Below are positions 49,696 through 62,500 of a DNA stretch of 64,000 nucleotides, piece by piece. A program made the position numbers and the translations under genes. Every line of letters begins with the position of its first letter. Within the stretch, counting starts at the first letter, position 1. The notes under the pieces were generated by a model. It ran no database searches and was not told where the DNA came from. It saw only the letters and a program-made list of their open reading frames with translations. Source of the stretch: Akkermansiaceae bacterium (GTDB lineage: Bacteria > Verrucomicrobiota > Verrucomicrobiia > Verrucomicrobiales > Akkermansiaceae); the NCBI GenBank assembly GCA_051251915.1, contig JBPOGF010000004.1, positions 1 through 64,000 of the forward strand. Reading direction: 5' to 3'.

Positions 49696-49890
49696 ATGGC
49701 AACTAAAACATTATTCGTAGCAATGGCAGCACTTGGTGGAGCACTCGGAATCGGTTTCCTCGGCGGTAAAGCAGCTGAAGCAACTGGCCGTAACCCAGGA
49801 GCAGCAGGTCCTATCCTTACACTATCAATCATTCTTGCAGCGCTTATCGAGGGAATCTTCATTCTCTCTGCATTCGCGGTTTCAGTTTAA
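49696..49890 (+). CDS. atpE: F0F1 ATP synthase subunit c
   Basis: GxGxG helix, RNP loop, conserved Glu in 'ALIEG'. Confidence 0.93.
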   Translation: MATKTLFVAMAALGGALGIGFLGGKAAEATGRNPGAAGPILTLSIILAALIEGIFILSAFAVSV

Positions 49891-49988
49891 TATCTAAACG
49901 CAAGAATACAGTATCTTGAGCGTCGCTCGCAAAGGGCGGCGCTCACTCTAAAACCAACTCGAAATCAACTCGAAACTCACAACACACA

Positions 49989-50522
49989 ATGTTTACAATA
50001 TTAGCAGAAGGAGCAAATCCATTTACACAAATTACTGATAGCTTCGGTATTACTTGGCCGCTTTTCATTGCACAGGTTATTAACTTTATTATCGTGCTGT
50101 TTGTGTTGAAGAAATTCGCCTTTGGTCCTATTCAAGAAATGCTCGAGCAGCGTAAGAATAGAATTCATGAAGGTGAAGAGAAACTGAAGCGCATCGAAAC
50201 TCAGCTTGCTGAGTCAGAAGAGCGCACTACAGCAGCTATCGAAGAAGCAAATAGCACAGCTAAGCGCCTCATTGATGAAGCTAAGGATAGTGCAGCTAGT
50301 CTTTCTGAGCAGAAGACCCAGGAGGCAATCGCTTCTGCACAGGGGATTCTCTCTAAAGCAGAGGAAGCAGCTAAGGCAGAACGCAACCAGATGGTGGCAG
50401 AACTCAAGCAGGACTTCGGTCGACTTGTGGCGGCTACTACGGCTAGCGTAACTGGTAAAGTTCTCAACGAAGATGACAACAAACGCATCAACGAAGAGGC
50501 AGTCGCATCTATCGAAAGCTAA
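49989..50522 (+). CDS. atpF: F0F1 ATP synthase subunit b
   Basis: 'FIAQVINFIIVLFVLKKFAFGPI..MLEQRKNRI' followed by coiled coil. Confidence 0.95.
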   Translation: MFTILAEGANPFTQITDSFGITWPLFIAQVINFIIVLFVLKKFAFGPIQEMLEQRKNRIHEGEEKLKRIETQLAESEERTTAAIEEANSTAKRLIDEAKDSAASLSEQKTQEAIASAQGILSKAEEAAKAERNQMVAELKQDFGRLVAATTASVTGKVLNEDDNKRINEEAVASIES

Positions 50523-50589
50523 GCTCTACGAAGCATTCAGCATATTCTCGAAATAATAATTTCTCAACGTCCGATCAACAAATAATCAC

Positions 50590-50982
50590 ATGAAAGTAAC
50601 TAAAGACGCCGCCGCAGCAGGAAAACGCCTGTTCAGACTTTGTGCCACTGGCAACAGACTGAATGAGGACAAGCTACGCACCGTTATCAAGGCACTCGTA
50701 GAGAGAAAGCCAAGAAACTATCAAGGCATACTAGCCACCCTTCATCGCCAGGTGCGATTGGATCTGGCTCAGCGCCACGTGATCGTAGAGAGTGCCAAGC
50801 AGCTTGATGAAGCTACTGGTCATAGCATCGCAAGTAAGATGATCTCTCAGCATGGTGACGGACTCACATTTGAATATAAAATCAACCCCGCCTTATTAGG
50901 TGGAATTCGCATCCGCAAAGGTGATGATGTGTGGGATGGCTCAGTTAAGGGTCGCCTCGACAAACTCGCTAACGCATTTTAA
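50590..50982 (+). CDS. atpH: F0F1 ATP synthase subunit delta (short)
   Basis: 'VESA', '[26 protein letters not shown]'; operon position. Confidence 0.9.
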   Translation: MKVTKDAAAAGKRLFRLCATGNRLNEDKLRTVIKALVERKPRNYQGILATLHRQVRLDLAQRHVIVESAKQLDEATGHSIASKMISQHGDGLTFEYKINPALLGGIRIRKGDDVWDGSVKGRLDKLANAF

Positions 50983-51029
50983 TCGCAGTATCATTTAATA
51001 AATCTAAACACTCTAACAAACAAATAGTC

Positions 51030-52562
51030 ATGAGCAGCATTCTTCAGGAACTAGAACAGGAAATCGCGAACGTAACGACTTCCGTAGGTAAAACAAACGT
51101 AGGCACAATCCGTGAAATCGGTGATGGTGTCGCTAAAGTTGAAGGTCTAAGCGACTGTCAGCTAAACGAGATGATCTCATTCCCTGGTGGAGTTACTGGT
51201 CTTGCGATGAACCTTGAGGAAGGTGAAGTTGGAGCTGTTCTTCTTGGTGAGTATCTTCACCTCAAAGCAGGTGACGAGTGCCAGACTACTGGTAAGCTTC
51301 TTTCTGTGCCAGTAGGTGAAGCGCTTCTCGGACGCGTGATCGACACACTTGGTGCACCAATCGACGGAAAAGGCGATATCGCAGCATCTGCTAACTACCC
51401 AGTTGAGAAGCTTGCTCCTGGTATCATTAAGCGTAAGTCAGTATCTGTTCCAGTTCAGACTGGCATCATGGCGATTGATGCGATGGTTCCAATCGGTCGT
51501 GGACAACGTGAGCTTATCATTGGTGACCGTGGAACAGGTAAAACTACCATTGCTATTGATACAATTATTTCACAAGCGAATCAGAACAAGGCAGCTGAGG
51601 CTGGCAAACTTAAGGATCACGCACCACTCTACTGTATCTATGTAGCGATCGGTCAGAAAGCATCTAACGTAGCACGTATCCAAGCGACTCTTGAAGAAGC
51701 AGGAGCAATGGAATACACAACAATCGTTGCTGCTACAGCTGCTGACTCAGCAGCGAACCAGTTCCTCGCACCATACACAGGTTGTGCAGTAGCTGAATAT
51801 CTCATGGATCAAGGCAAAGAGTGTCTCATCGTATTTGATGATCTTTCTAAGCACGCGGTTGCATACCGTCAGGTGTCACTCATTCTTAAGCGTCCTTCAG
51901 GTCGTGAAGCTTATCCTGGTGACGTTTTCTACCTACACTCAAGACTTCTTGAGCGTTCAGCACGTCTTTCTGAGAATGCTGGTGGTGGTTCACTCACTGC
52001 GCTTCCAATCATTGAAACACAGGCTGGTGACGTATCTGCATACATCCCAACTAACGTGATCTCAATTACAGATGGACAGATTTTCCTTGAGACTGACTTG
52101 TTCTACCAAGGTATCCGCCCGGCGATTTCAGTTGGTCTTTCAGTTTCTCGTGTTGGTTCTGCTGCGCAGACTAAGGCGATTAAGAAAGTATCTGGAACCA
52201 CTAAACTTGATCTTGCTCAGTTCCGTGAACTTCAGGCATTCGCCCAGTTCGGATCAGATCTTGATGACCAGACAAAAGGTAAGATCGAGAAAGGTCTCCG
52301 TATTGTTGAGCTCTTCAAGCAAGATCAATACTCACCTAAGTCAATGCAGATGCAGGTAGTGGTTCTTTTCTCAATGCAGAATGGATACTTCGATGATGTA
52401 GATGTGGACCGCATTAAAGAATGCCAGACTGGACTAGAAGAGTTCATGGAAACTCGCAAGGCAGACGTTCTTCAGCTCATCGCTGATGAAAAAGCAATGA
52501 CTGACGGAGTAAGCGATGCTCTCCACTCAGCTCTCAAAGACTTCAAGGGTTCTTGGAAGTAA
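51030..52562 (+). CDS. atpA: F0F1 ATP synthase subunit alpha
   Basis: '[17 protein letters not shown]', '[19 protein letters not shown]'. Confidence 0.98.
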   Translation: MSSILQELEQEIANVTTSVGKTNVGTIREIGDGVAKVEGLSDCQLNEMISFPGGVTGLAMNLEEGEVGAVLLGEYLHLKAGDECQTTGKLLSVPVGEALLGRVIDTLGAPIDGKGDIAASANYPVEKLAPGIIKRKSVSVPVQTGIMAIDAMVPIGRGQRELIIGDRGTGKTTIAIDTIISQANQNKAAEAGKLKDHAPLYCIYVAIGQKASNVARIQATLEEAGAMEYTTIVAATAADSAANQFLAPYTGCAVAEYLMDQGKECLIVFDDLSKHAVAYRQVSLILKRPSGREAYPGDVFYLHSRLLERSARLSENAGGGSLTALPIIETQAGDVSAYIPTNVISITDGQIFLETDLFYQGIRPAISVGLSVSRVGSAAQTKAIKKVSGTTKLDLAQFRELQAFAQFGSDLDDQTKGKIEKGLRIVELFKQDQYSPKSMQMQVVVLFSMQNGYFDDVDVDRIKECQTGLEEFMETRKADVLQLIADEKAMTDGVSDALHSALKDFKGSWK

Positions 52563-52648
52563 GTAATTAGAAAGCACTGCGACTGATAAAGGCCGCAGTG
52601 CTCAAAGCCTAACTACTAACTACTCACTACTAACTACTTCAAAATAAA

Positions 52649-53548
52649 ATGGCAAACCTCAGAGACATCCGCCGACGGATTAAGTCGGTAAAAAACACAG
52701 CACAGATCACGCGTGCGATGCAACTTGTTGCTGCGGCTAAGATGAAGAAAGCCCAGGATCAAGCACTCGCAGGCCGTGAGTATGCAGACCAGCTCAACCT
52801 AGTCCTCGTTAACCTCAAAGAAAACGTTGATGAAGAATCTCACCCTCTGCTTGAAAAGCGTGAAGGTGATAAAACTCTGACCCTTGTCATTTCTACTGAT
52901 AAAGGTCTCTGTGGTGGACTTAATGCCAACCTTCTTAAATTAGTAAGAAGAGAGCAGAACGAGAACACTACTTACGCTACAGTCGGAAAGAAACTCCGCC
53001 TTCAGCTAGAGAAAACAGGTGAGCCAATCAAGGCTGATTTCATCGTAGCAGATCCAGTCGCGTTTTCAGAAGCGCGTCCTATCGCTAAATTCCTCACTGA
53101 GCAATTCCTTGAGGGAAATTACGATAAGATTAAAGTCTGCTTCACTAACTTCGTTTCTACATTAACTCAGACTCCTCATTGTTCACAGCTTCTTCCTATA
53201 GAGGCTGACAAACTAGCAGAGAAGCGAGACTATGAAGGTGTAGGTAAAGGAGACGACGTTAAAGAAACAAATCATGATTCAGCAATGTCTATGGATTACG
53301 AGTTTGAGCCAAGCCCAGAGGTGGTGCTCGATACTCTTCTTCCTCAGTATTTAAACTTCCAGATCTATCAGATGATCCTAGAGGCTCGCGCTTCTGAGCA
53401 CTCAGCACGTATGGTATCTATGAAGGCTGCTACTGATAATGCGAAGAACATGATCGATGATCTTACCCTTGACTATAACAAGCTTCGTCAGGCTGCTATT
53501 ACTGCTGAGCTTCTCGAAATCACTACTGCGATGAAAGCAATGGAGTAG
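52649..53548 (+). CDS. atpG: F0F1 ATP synthase subunit gamma
   Basis: 'IKSVKNTAQITRAM', 'DKGLCG', 'RQAAITAEL'. Confidence 0.97.
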   Translation: MANLRDIRRRIKSVKNTAQITRAMQLVAAAKMKKAQDQALAGREYADQLNLVLVNLKENVDEESHPLLEKREGDKTLTLVISTDKGLCGGLNANLLKLVRREQNENTTYATVGKKLRLQLEKTGEPIKADFIVADPVAFSEARPIAKFLTEQFLEGNYDKIKVCFTNFVSTLTQTPHCSQLLPIEADKLAEKRDYEGVGKGDDVKETNHDSAMSMDYEFEPSPEVVLDTLLPQYLNFQIYQMILEARASEHSARMVSMKAATDNAKNMIDDLTLDYNKLRQAAITAELLEITTAMKAME

Positions 53549-53587
53549 TAAAAGATTTCAACCCAATTCAACTAACAAAAAATTTAA

Positions 53588-55072
<1,485 letters not shown>

Positions 55073-55157
55073 TTTTAATCTAAGGCGGTGGCTACAGAGT
55101 CACCGCCTTAAATTAGCCAATCTAAACTGGCAACTAACAATTTAAAACTTCAACTCC

Positions 55158-55562
55158 ATGCTTCAACTAGAAATCGTAACTCCAGAGAAGAAAATCTTCT
55201 CAGACACAGTCACTGACGTTTACCTACCAGGTGCGGATGGTGAGATGGGTGTGCTTGAATTGCACGCAGCTCTCGTCACTGCACTTCAACCAGGCGAGCT
55301 ACGCTATGAGAAAGACGGACAAGTTCAAGAGCTAGCGATTGGTTCAGGATTTGCAGAGGTCACTCAGGAAAAGGTATCAGTCCTCACAGACTCAGCCTAT
55401 GGCGAAGACGACATTGATGAAGCAGCAGAAGAGGCAGCTATGAAGCGTGCAGAAGAGAAGCTAGCTAAAGTATCTGATGAAGATGCTGAAGAAGCGGCTC
55501 ATCTAGAAACACTCATTGCTACTAATGCAGCAAGACTTCTTCTTAAGCGTAAGAAGAGGTAG
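55158..55562 (+). CDS. atpC: F0F1 ATP synthase subunit epsilon
   Basis: 'LEIVTPE', 'GEMGVL..H', 'GFAEV'. Confidence 0.95.
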   Translation: MLQLEIVTPEKKIFSDTVTDVYLPGADGEMGVLELHAALVTALQPGELRYEKDGQVQELAIGSGFAEVTQEKVSVLTDSAYGEDDIDEAAEEAAMKRAEEKLAKVSDEDAEEAAHLETLIATNAARLLLKRKKR

Positions 55563-55627
55563 GGCGAAGCCCTTGTCATTGGTCCATTGGCAATCGTTAA
55601 TGGTCTGATAAGATGAAACATTTATAG

Positions 55628-55659
55628 CCCTCAGCAAGGAAACTTGCTGAGGGTTTTTT
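55628..55659 (+). terminator. intrinsic terminator of the atp operon
   Basis: CCCTCAGCAAG-GAAA-CTTGCTGAGGG followed by TTTTTT. Confidence 0.9.
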
Positions 55660-55704
55660 AGTCTTGTTCAAATATTGAACGAAACCTAGAGCTATTATGG
55701 CAGT

Positions 55705-57033
55705 TTACTGTTGGAGTAATTTTCCTAGATCGGTAGAAGGGTGAAATACGAAGGTATTTCCGTCTTTTTCTTTGGTCAGTAAACCTGCAGATGCTAATTT
55801 TAGTAAATCAGTTCTAGCTGTTTGGTTAGTGATACCATGGCTAGTTTGGTGTGATGCTATGGTGTAAAGTGCATGGCTATTTCTAACAGCATGACTTAGA
55901 AGCGCTTTCTGTCTGTGATTCCACTTCCTCATCCCTATAAGAGACGTTGATAATTCTAACTGTTGGCGTTGCTTCCTACTGATGTATTCGTGTAATGAAG
56001 TTACGGATTTATCCAATGTTTCTAGCTGATGGATGATGAAGTAATTTAGATCATTTTCATCAGTTTCGGTGTATAAAAATGCTCTGTAATACTGGATTGG
56101 AGCTTTGAGTAATTCAGATGAAAGCGAGATGTATTCCATCATCCAGTAGCCATGCTTTAGCATACACCAATAAAATAGAGCTCTAGCGGTTCTTCCATTT
56201 CCGTCGTAGAATGGGTGTTCATAAGCTAGCCAAAAATGTAAGATGATAGATCTAATTATAGGGTGTAAGTAACCTTGCATCTCTGGTGCATTTGCAAAAG
56301 CACATAGTTTTTCCATCCTGTCAGGAAGTAGGTCTGCATCTGGAGGAGAGTGCATGATTTCATTAGTTGTTTGATCAACTACTTGGATATCCTCGGAAGC
56401 AAAGCGATATCTTCCTGAGGCATCTTCTTTAGTCAAAGTGTCTTTGGTCATCAACCGATGAATTTCTAGTATGAGATCTTGCGATAATTCTCGATCCTTT
56501 AGTTCATGGATTTTCTTCATTGTTAGGAAGTTATTTAGAATCATCTGCTCATCTTTATTCTTTGGCTTAGATTTTCTTCTTAACATTTCCCCTGCTATTT
56601 CTCTAGTTACTGAGGCTCCTTCTAGCTGTGATGATGTTATGGATTCTTCAATAAGTGAGGATATATAGTAACGTTTTGAGTCGATATCTACACTATCTGG
56701 CTTGTTGTTAGTGCTGAGGGTTCCTCCACATTTCTTATCCAGTTGATGAATAAGTTCAAACATGTGCTGTGTCAGGTAGAAGACAAAAGGATTATCGTTA
56801 GAGTCTTTAAACGGGAGAAGTTGGTAACGACTATTCCTGTGAAACTTAAGAACTGTCCACCAGTCTTCGGAAGACCAATTTTTAGGTCTATTACGGTATC
56901 TTAGTTTATCCCAATGTAGATATTTTTGCGAATCAGGAAGAGCATCAATGGGGGTATTGATATCAGAGCCAAGTTTATTCAGCGTGTTGGCTAAGAGAGT
57001 CTTCCAGTCAGGTGGTGTTTTTGGGTATTTCAT
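55705..57033 (-). CDS. Fic family protein with N-terminal autoinhibitory motif and C-terminal HTH-like region
   Basis: HPFYDGNGRTAR catalytic motif; SSQLEG inhibitory (S/T)xxxEG motif; 'ITNQTARTDLLKLASAGLL' wHTH-like. Confidence 0.92.
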   Translation of the reverse strand: MKYPKTPPDWKTLLANTLNKLGSDINTPIDALPDSQKYLHWDKLRYRNRPKNWSSEDWWTVLKFHRNSRYQLLPFKDSNDNPFVFYLTQHMFELIHQLDKKCGGTLSTNNKPDSVDIDSKRYYISSLIEESITSSQLEGASVTREIAGEMLRRKSKPKNKDEQMILNNFLTMKKIHELKDRELSQDLILEIHRLMTKDTLTKEDASGRYRFASEDIQVVDQTTNEIMHSPPDADLLPDRMEKLCAFANAPEMQGYLHPIIRSIILHFWLAYEHPFYDGNGRTARALFYWCMLKHGYWMMEYISLSSELLKAPIQYYRAFLYTETDENDLNYFIIHQLETLDKSVTSLHEYISRKQRQQLELSTSLIGMRKWNHRQKALLSHAVRNSHALYTIASHQTSHGITNQTARTDLLKLASAGLLTKEKDGNTFVFHPSTDLGKLLQQ

Positions 57034-57187
57034 TTCCTAATTTAGTAGTAATTAGGAGTAAATTAGCAGTTTAGCTATTTGCAGGCAAGCATTTCCTAAT
57101 TTAGTAGTAATTAGGAGTAAATTAGTAGTTGGTTCGGCAGATGCAGATTACTACTAATTTAGTATTAATTAGGAGGTAATTAGGAGT
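57031..57187. repeat. 41-bp direct repeat pair plus partial copies, each with an internal palindrome, upstream of fic
   Basis: CATTTCCTAATTTAGTAGTAATTAGGAGTAAATTAG(C/T)AGTT at 57031-57071 and 57090-57130; partial copy at ~57154-57175. Confidence 0.9.
57060..57088 (-). promoter_or_regulatory. sigma70-type promoter of fic
   Basis: TTGCCT-17 nt-TAATTT on the minus strand, between and overlapping the repeats. Confidence 0.55.
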
Positions 57188-57228
57188 TGTTCTAGATTAT
57201 GCTGCTATTACTAGGCTAGCAAAACGAT

Positions 57229-59502
57229 CTAAACTATTTGTAACTCGTAGTCTTTGGTGAGTTGTAGGTGGAGGGTGGTGTCTTTTAGGGTGGGGTGGGT
57301 TACTAGGTGTTGGGAGAGTGAGGTGGTGATGAAGTGGTCTATCTTGCGCTGTAGTGGACGTGCTCCGTATTTGGGGTCGAAGCCTTCTTTTGCGAGGTGG
57401 GTGATGAGGTCTTGGCTGTAGGTGAGGCTGATGTTGCGGTCACGGAGTCCTTCGCGTTGGTTGAGTTCTGTTAGTTCTTTTCTCGCTATTTTCTCTATGA
57501 GTGGTTGGTCTAGTGCGTTGAAGTAGATGACTTGGTCTAGACGATTGAAGAATTCTGGGCGGAAGAATTTTTTGACTACTGATGTGTCAACGCTGGTAGA
57601 TGGGCTATTGGCTTCATTGCCAAATCCGATGTTGTTAGCGAGACCAGCACCTAGGTTAGAGGTCATGATGATGATGGTGCTGTTGAAGTAGGTGCGGCGT
57701 CCGAAGGAGTCTGTTAGGCGCCCTTCGTCGAAGACATTGAGTAGGATGTCGAATACTTCATCGGCAGCTTTTTCAACTTCGTCTAGTAGTAGTATGGTGA
57801 ATGGATTTGAGCGGATCTTGCGGATCATTTCTGATGGCTTGCCGCGTAGCTGGGGGTGACCTAGTAGTCTGGTGGCTGCATCGTAGCCGGCGTATTCGCT
57901 CATGTCTAAGCGGATCAAGCGGTCTTTTTCTACTTTTCCTGAGAAGAGCAGATTTCCGAGTGCTCGGACGATAGCTGTCTTTCCTACGCCAGTAGGTCCG
58001 CAGCAGAGGAAGACACCTAGTGGGCGAGATGGATCATTCATGCCAGCTTTGAAGCGTGAGAGCATGTTGGAGATGACGTTGACTACGGGTTCTTGACCTA
58101 GGACTTGGTTGTTGAGTGTTTGGCGGATTTCTGAGGGCGCTAGGCTTAGCTCGTCATTGAGAAATTCTAGCGGGAGTCCAGTATGCTTGCTAAAGGTGAG
58201 CCAGACTAGATCTGTATCTACTGTGGAGCTGTTAGAGCGCTGGGATTCTTCTTTGAGCCCATCCATGAAATGCATGACCTTGCCGGGGAAGGAGTCATAG
58301 GGTTGGAAGCGTTTAAAGAGTTGGTGGACTATGTCTAGGGCTTCTGGGGCGAAGCTGACTTTGTCTTGCTGGAGTGCTGCGTCTGCGTAGCGTGCTAGGA
58401 TTCTTTTGGTTTGTTCTTCAGTGAAGGTTGGGAGTTGGAGCACTTGGAATTGATCGATGAGTCCGGGGAGTAGTCGGTCACAGGCTTCTAGTTCTTCTGG
58501 TGTGGCTTCTACTACAATGCGGAGTTCTTGATTCTGAATGTAGGGGAGCATGAAGGCAGCAATACTGGACTCTGCTGTTTGGCCTCCTAGTTTGAGCAGC
58601 TCTTGGAGGTTTTCTATGAATAGGGTTCCTTGGAAGTTTGCGAGGTCTGCTACGGCATACTCGAAACGTTCTTCCCACTGACCTAGGTAGCGCATTCCTG
58701 AGATGATGCGTCCTGCGTTGGTGGTCCAGAAGAGTTGTTTTTTCTTGCTGTGTTTACTTTTATTCTTCTGTTGTTTGAGCTCTGCACGTCTTGCGGCTTC
58801 TGTCAAAAGTGATGTTTTTCCACTTCCTGTATTTCCTACGAGAAGGATGCTGTTAGATTCTGCTGAGAGCATGGTTTCTAGCCAGTGCATTTCATGGTCT
58901 CGTTCCCAGGTTCGCTTGGTTTTCTGTGATGTGGTTTTGCTGATGTGGTCGGCAAATTGAGCGAGGCTTTTGACGCAGTCTGTGTCTTCGTAATGTGAGG
59001 TGGATAGTTCTTTGAAGGTGGTGATTATTTCATGGAGTTCAATATGGCTGGGTGGGAGATAGCGGGAGAGTTCTTGGGGGCTTAGACCTTGGGCGAAGGA
59101 TCTTACGTAATGGGTAGCGAGTTCTTCAAATCCTTTTTCATCGTGGTATTCGAAGCTGAGATCCATAGTGGGGATGAAGGCGGTGGGGAGTCCGCTGTCA
59201 CGCTCTCCTAGTATGCAGGGGAGGTTGAGCAGGGTGGAGTCTTTGCTAGCATAGGTGCGGCGGTTTTCTTGGTATTCCGCGATGACTTTTACTTTTAGCT
59301 GGGTGAGTCTAGGCTTGAGGAAGTCGCCTTCTGGTAAGAAGTCATTTTTATGGGCGTATTGGAGGTAATCTTTGATTTGCTGTAATGCTTGTTTCCGTGA
59401 TTTAGAAACAGCAATTACCTCAGAGTCATCTAGCAGGCATGCGGTGTGCAAGCCATTGTGATCTTGCCAAATAGCGGCTTGGTGTCGTTCTACTTTAGCC
59501 AT
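57229..59502 (-). CDS. ClpA/ClpB-like AAA+ ATPase (divergent N-terminus)
   Basis: GNTGSGKT; 'GMRYLGQWEER'; GPTGVGKT; 'RLDMSEY'; 'LLDEVEKA'; 'FRPEFFNRLD'; 'YGARPLQR'. Confidence 0.88.
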   Translation of the reverse strand: MAKVERHQAAIWQDHNGLHTACLLDDSEVIAVSKSRKQALQQIKDYLQYAHKNDFLPEGDFLKPRLTQLKVKVIAEYQENRRTYASKDSTLLNLPCILGERDSGLPTAFIPTMDLSFEYHDEKGFEELATHYVRSFAQGLSPQELSRYLPPSHIELHEIITTFKELSTSHYEDTDCVKSLAQFADHISKTTSQKTKRTWERDHEMHWLETMLSAESNSILLVGNTGSGKTSLLTEAARRAELKQQKNKSKHSKKKQLFWTTNAGRIISGMRYLGQWEERFEYAVADLANFQGTLFIENLQELLKLGGQTAESSIAAFMLPYIQNQELRIVVEATPEELEACDRLLPGLIDQFQVLQLPTFTEEQTKRILARYADAALQQDKVSFAPEALDIVHQLFKRFQPYDSFPGKVMHFMDGLKEESQRSNSSTVDTDLVWLTFSKHTGLPLEFLNDELSLAPSEIRQTLNNQVLGQEPVVNVISNMLSRFKAGMNDPSRPLGVFLCCGPTGVGKTAIVRALGNLLFSGKVEKDRLIRLDMSEYAGYDAATRLLGHPQLRGKPSEMIRKIRSNPFTILLLDEVEKAADEVFDILLNVFDEGRLTDSFGRRTYFNSTIIIMTSNLGAGLANNIGFGNEANSPSTSVDTSVVKKFFRPEFFNRLDQVIYFNALDQPLIEKIARKELTELNQREGLRDRNISLTYSQDLITHLAKEGFDPKYGARPLQRKIDHFITTSLSQHLVTHPTLKDTTLHLQLTKDYELQIV

Positions 59503-62500
59503 GGTTCGGAAGAAGAAGGTTTGAGATTTCAGTGAGTTCTGGAGCTGTGGGGAGGAGCGGGGTGATGAGGCTCCATAGATTGTAGTTTCTGTCTGTGATG
59601 AGTCCTGTGCGAAGATCTAGGGTGTGGCTGAAAGTTTGCAGGCGATGGATGAATTCACTACGATGTTGCTCAGTGCTTTCTTGGAATTGGTAGATGTGCT
59701 GTGCTGCCTTTAATTGAATACCGACTAGGTATTTCATGAGTTTTTGCCCAGCGAGTGCTTCGAATTGATAGTGATTGGTTTTCTTTTTATCGGTCCATTT
59801 TCCATCAGGGAAGCTAGTTGTATAGGTTTCTTGATTCCATGTAGGTCCATCTAGAGCGAGGATGACAGTTTCTATATTCAGGTTCTTTTGTTCTAACAGA
59901 AAGTGGATATGGTTGATTTTGTTGATGAGGTTTTCAGCGGAATAGGCGAGGTAGGTTTGGATTTCGCCAGTCTCGGCTAGTTCGTTGATCCATTGGCTTG
60001 GATTGCTCATCTGGCTGATTTTCTCTAGTGCATTACTTTGCGTTTCTGGGCTGATGCGGACTCTGGTGGAACGGGTTCCAAACCTTGGTGGGATATCAGT
60101 TTTGAAACGCGGGTTGAGCGCTATTTCGTGTTGTGATTGGAGTCTTTGCTGAAGAGTTTTTAGGGAGTTAATTTCTTCAGCTAGCTCGTAGTAGGGGAGC
60201 TTGGATTTGAAGTCGCCGTCTTGTTCACCTAGTAGCTGGAGTCTTTCTTCAGCGCGGTCCATAAAGTCATCACTGCATTCTAAGAGAGTGAGAGCGTGGT
60301 CAGGAGAAATGTCCGAGAAGCCAATGTATTCACGCGTTCTCGCGGTGAATGTCTGGGCTGTGATCTTAGGTGCATTGTTCTGGTCTAGGCTGACGGTGAG
60401 GGTGCTCAAGGCGCTGGGTTTGAACTTCATGAGTGCGTCAGCTAGTGGCTGGACTAGGTAGTTTTCTACTGCTCGGCGGAGTGTTCTAGCTCCGTATTCT
60501 GGGTCGAATCCGTGATCAGTGAGCATTTCATAGACTGGAGGCTCTATCTCTAGTGTGAGCTTGCGCTGGGTGACGCCAAATCGCTTGAGTGCTTTCTGTG
60601 CTAGCCGCTGGACTAGTCCCTGGATGTGGTTGCGGTCTAGGCGGTGGAAGGGGACGATGCGGTCTAGGCGATTGAAAAACTCTGGACGGAAAAATTTCTC
60701 AGCTGCTTGAGTGTAGATGTGGTCTTGCTGTTCTTGGTTTTGCTCGGAGCTAAAGCCCATGTGGCTAGCGTTTGCTGCTGATCCTAGGTTGGAGGTGAGA
60801 ATGATGAGGGTGTTACTAAAGTCTGCAGTCTGTCCAGCAGCGTCTGTTAGGCGAGCCTCGCCTAGGACTTGGAGGAGGAGGTCGAAGACGCTGGGGTGGG
60901 CTTTTTCTATCTCATCAAATAGGACGACGGTGTATGGCTGACGTTTGATGGCGGAGGTGAGTATACCGTGAGGGCGTGCCTCAGTGCCTATGAGACGAGC
61001 GGCGGCGTCTGCTCCGACGTATTCGTTCATGTCGATCCGGAGTAGACGTTCTTCTGTCTCGAAAACGTAGCTGGCTAGAGCTTTGGCGCATTCGGTTTTC
61101 CCTACGCCTGTGGGTCCTAGAAAGAGTAGGCTAGCGAGTGGGCGACTGGGGTCATTGAGCTGGCTCTTGGTGAGGGTGATGGCATTCACCATGGCATCGA
61201 TAGCGGCTTGTTGTCCTACGATGTGCTGATTGAAATAGAGTATGGGCGTGTCATCTGGGTTGTTGTTAGTTTCGATCATTCGCCATGAGATTCCTGATTT
61301 GGCTTTGAAGTGATCTACTGCATTTTTTTCGGTGATTTCTGTGCTCTGGGAAGCGAGCTGCATGAGTGCATCTGCTCCTTTTCCGGGGAATGAGCGTGAG
61401 CGGACGTAGCGCTGCTGGAGTTGCATGATCTTGGGGATGACGCCGGGGGCGAAGGTGCAGTTTTTCTCAGTCTCTAGCATTTGCATCACTCGGATGAGGA
61501 TGCGCTGGGTCTCATCATCACTAGGTTCACGAATGGGGATGATCTGGAAATAATCGGTGAATCCACGGTCGATCTCTTTGAGCTTTCTCCAGGCTTCTGG
61601 AGTGGCTTCGGCGATGATGCGTGGTGGATTTTTTTCGAGTTGAGCCTTGAGCAGGTTTCCGATGCTAAGGTCACTACTGCTAGATTTTCCAGCCTGGAAG
61701 AGTCCTAGAAGGTCATCGAAGTAGGCTACGTGGTTTTTCTTAGTAATGTGGGTAATGATGGCTAGAAAACGTTCTTCCCACTGACCTACATAAGACATCC
61801 CTGAGACCATGCGTTGAGGATTGAGCAGCCAGAACTGCTCGTCTAGCTTGTGGCGCTCGTCGTGTCGCTTGGCGATGAGTTCATGAATGATGGCGGTCTT
61901 GCCTACTTGGCTGGGACCGATGAGGACTACGGGGCGGAGGAGCTGTGTCTGATCAAAGAGTGATGCTATTTCACCGACTAGGGTCTCTCGCATGACAGCA
62001 CGTTTGATTTGCTGGGGATAGAGGCGGTTGATGCAGCGTCCTATCCGTTCTAGCTCGGAGGCGCCGTTAAGTTTCTCAGTGCTACCTAGGCTGGCGAAAA
62101 ACTGGGAGCCTTGGTTAGGGTCAAGCTTCTGCTGGATGTTGTTTTCAATGTCGATGTAGCTGAGGTTGTAGTTCTGAGCATTGGCTATTTCTTCGGGCTG
62201 AGCTTTTCCTTCTTCGCGTTCTTTCTTGCGATAGTATTTAGTAAGTATGGTGGTAGCTCGTTCTTGGATCTGGTCACCACGAAGGAGCTCGAAACTGACT
62301 TCTGGTTGCTTGGGGCAGTAGGCTATACGTCTTTCTAGTGCGGAGAAAACCACGAAGAAAAACTTACCTCTGAAGGTTTGTTTCTTAAGTCGGAGTTCTA
62401 GCTTTAGCAGATGCCGGCTTAGCTCTGGGCTGTAGGAGAGAGTGGTGAGCTCGCTGTGGTTTTGCTTTTTTACTAGAGCTGCAATGTAGCCGCGGAGGTT

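Noticed and set aside
57031..57187. Mini CRISPR array
   Set aside because: Only two full repeats separated by 18 nt, no cas genes, and the repeats overlap a promoter and start codon.
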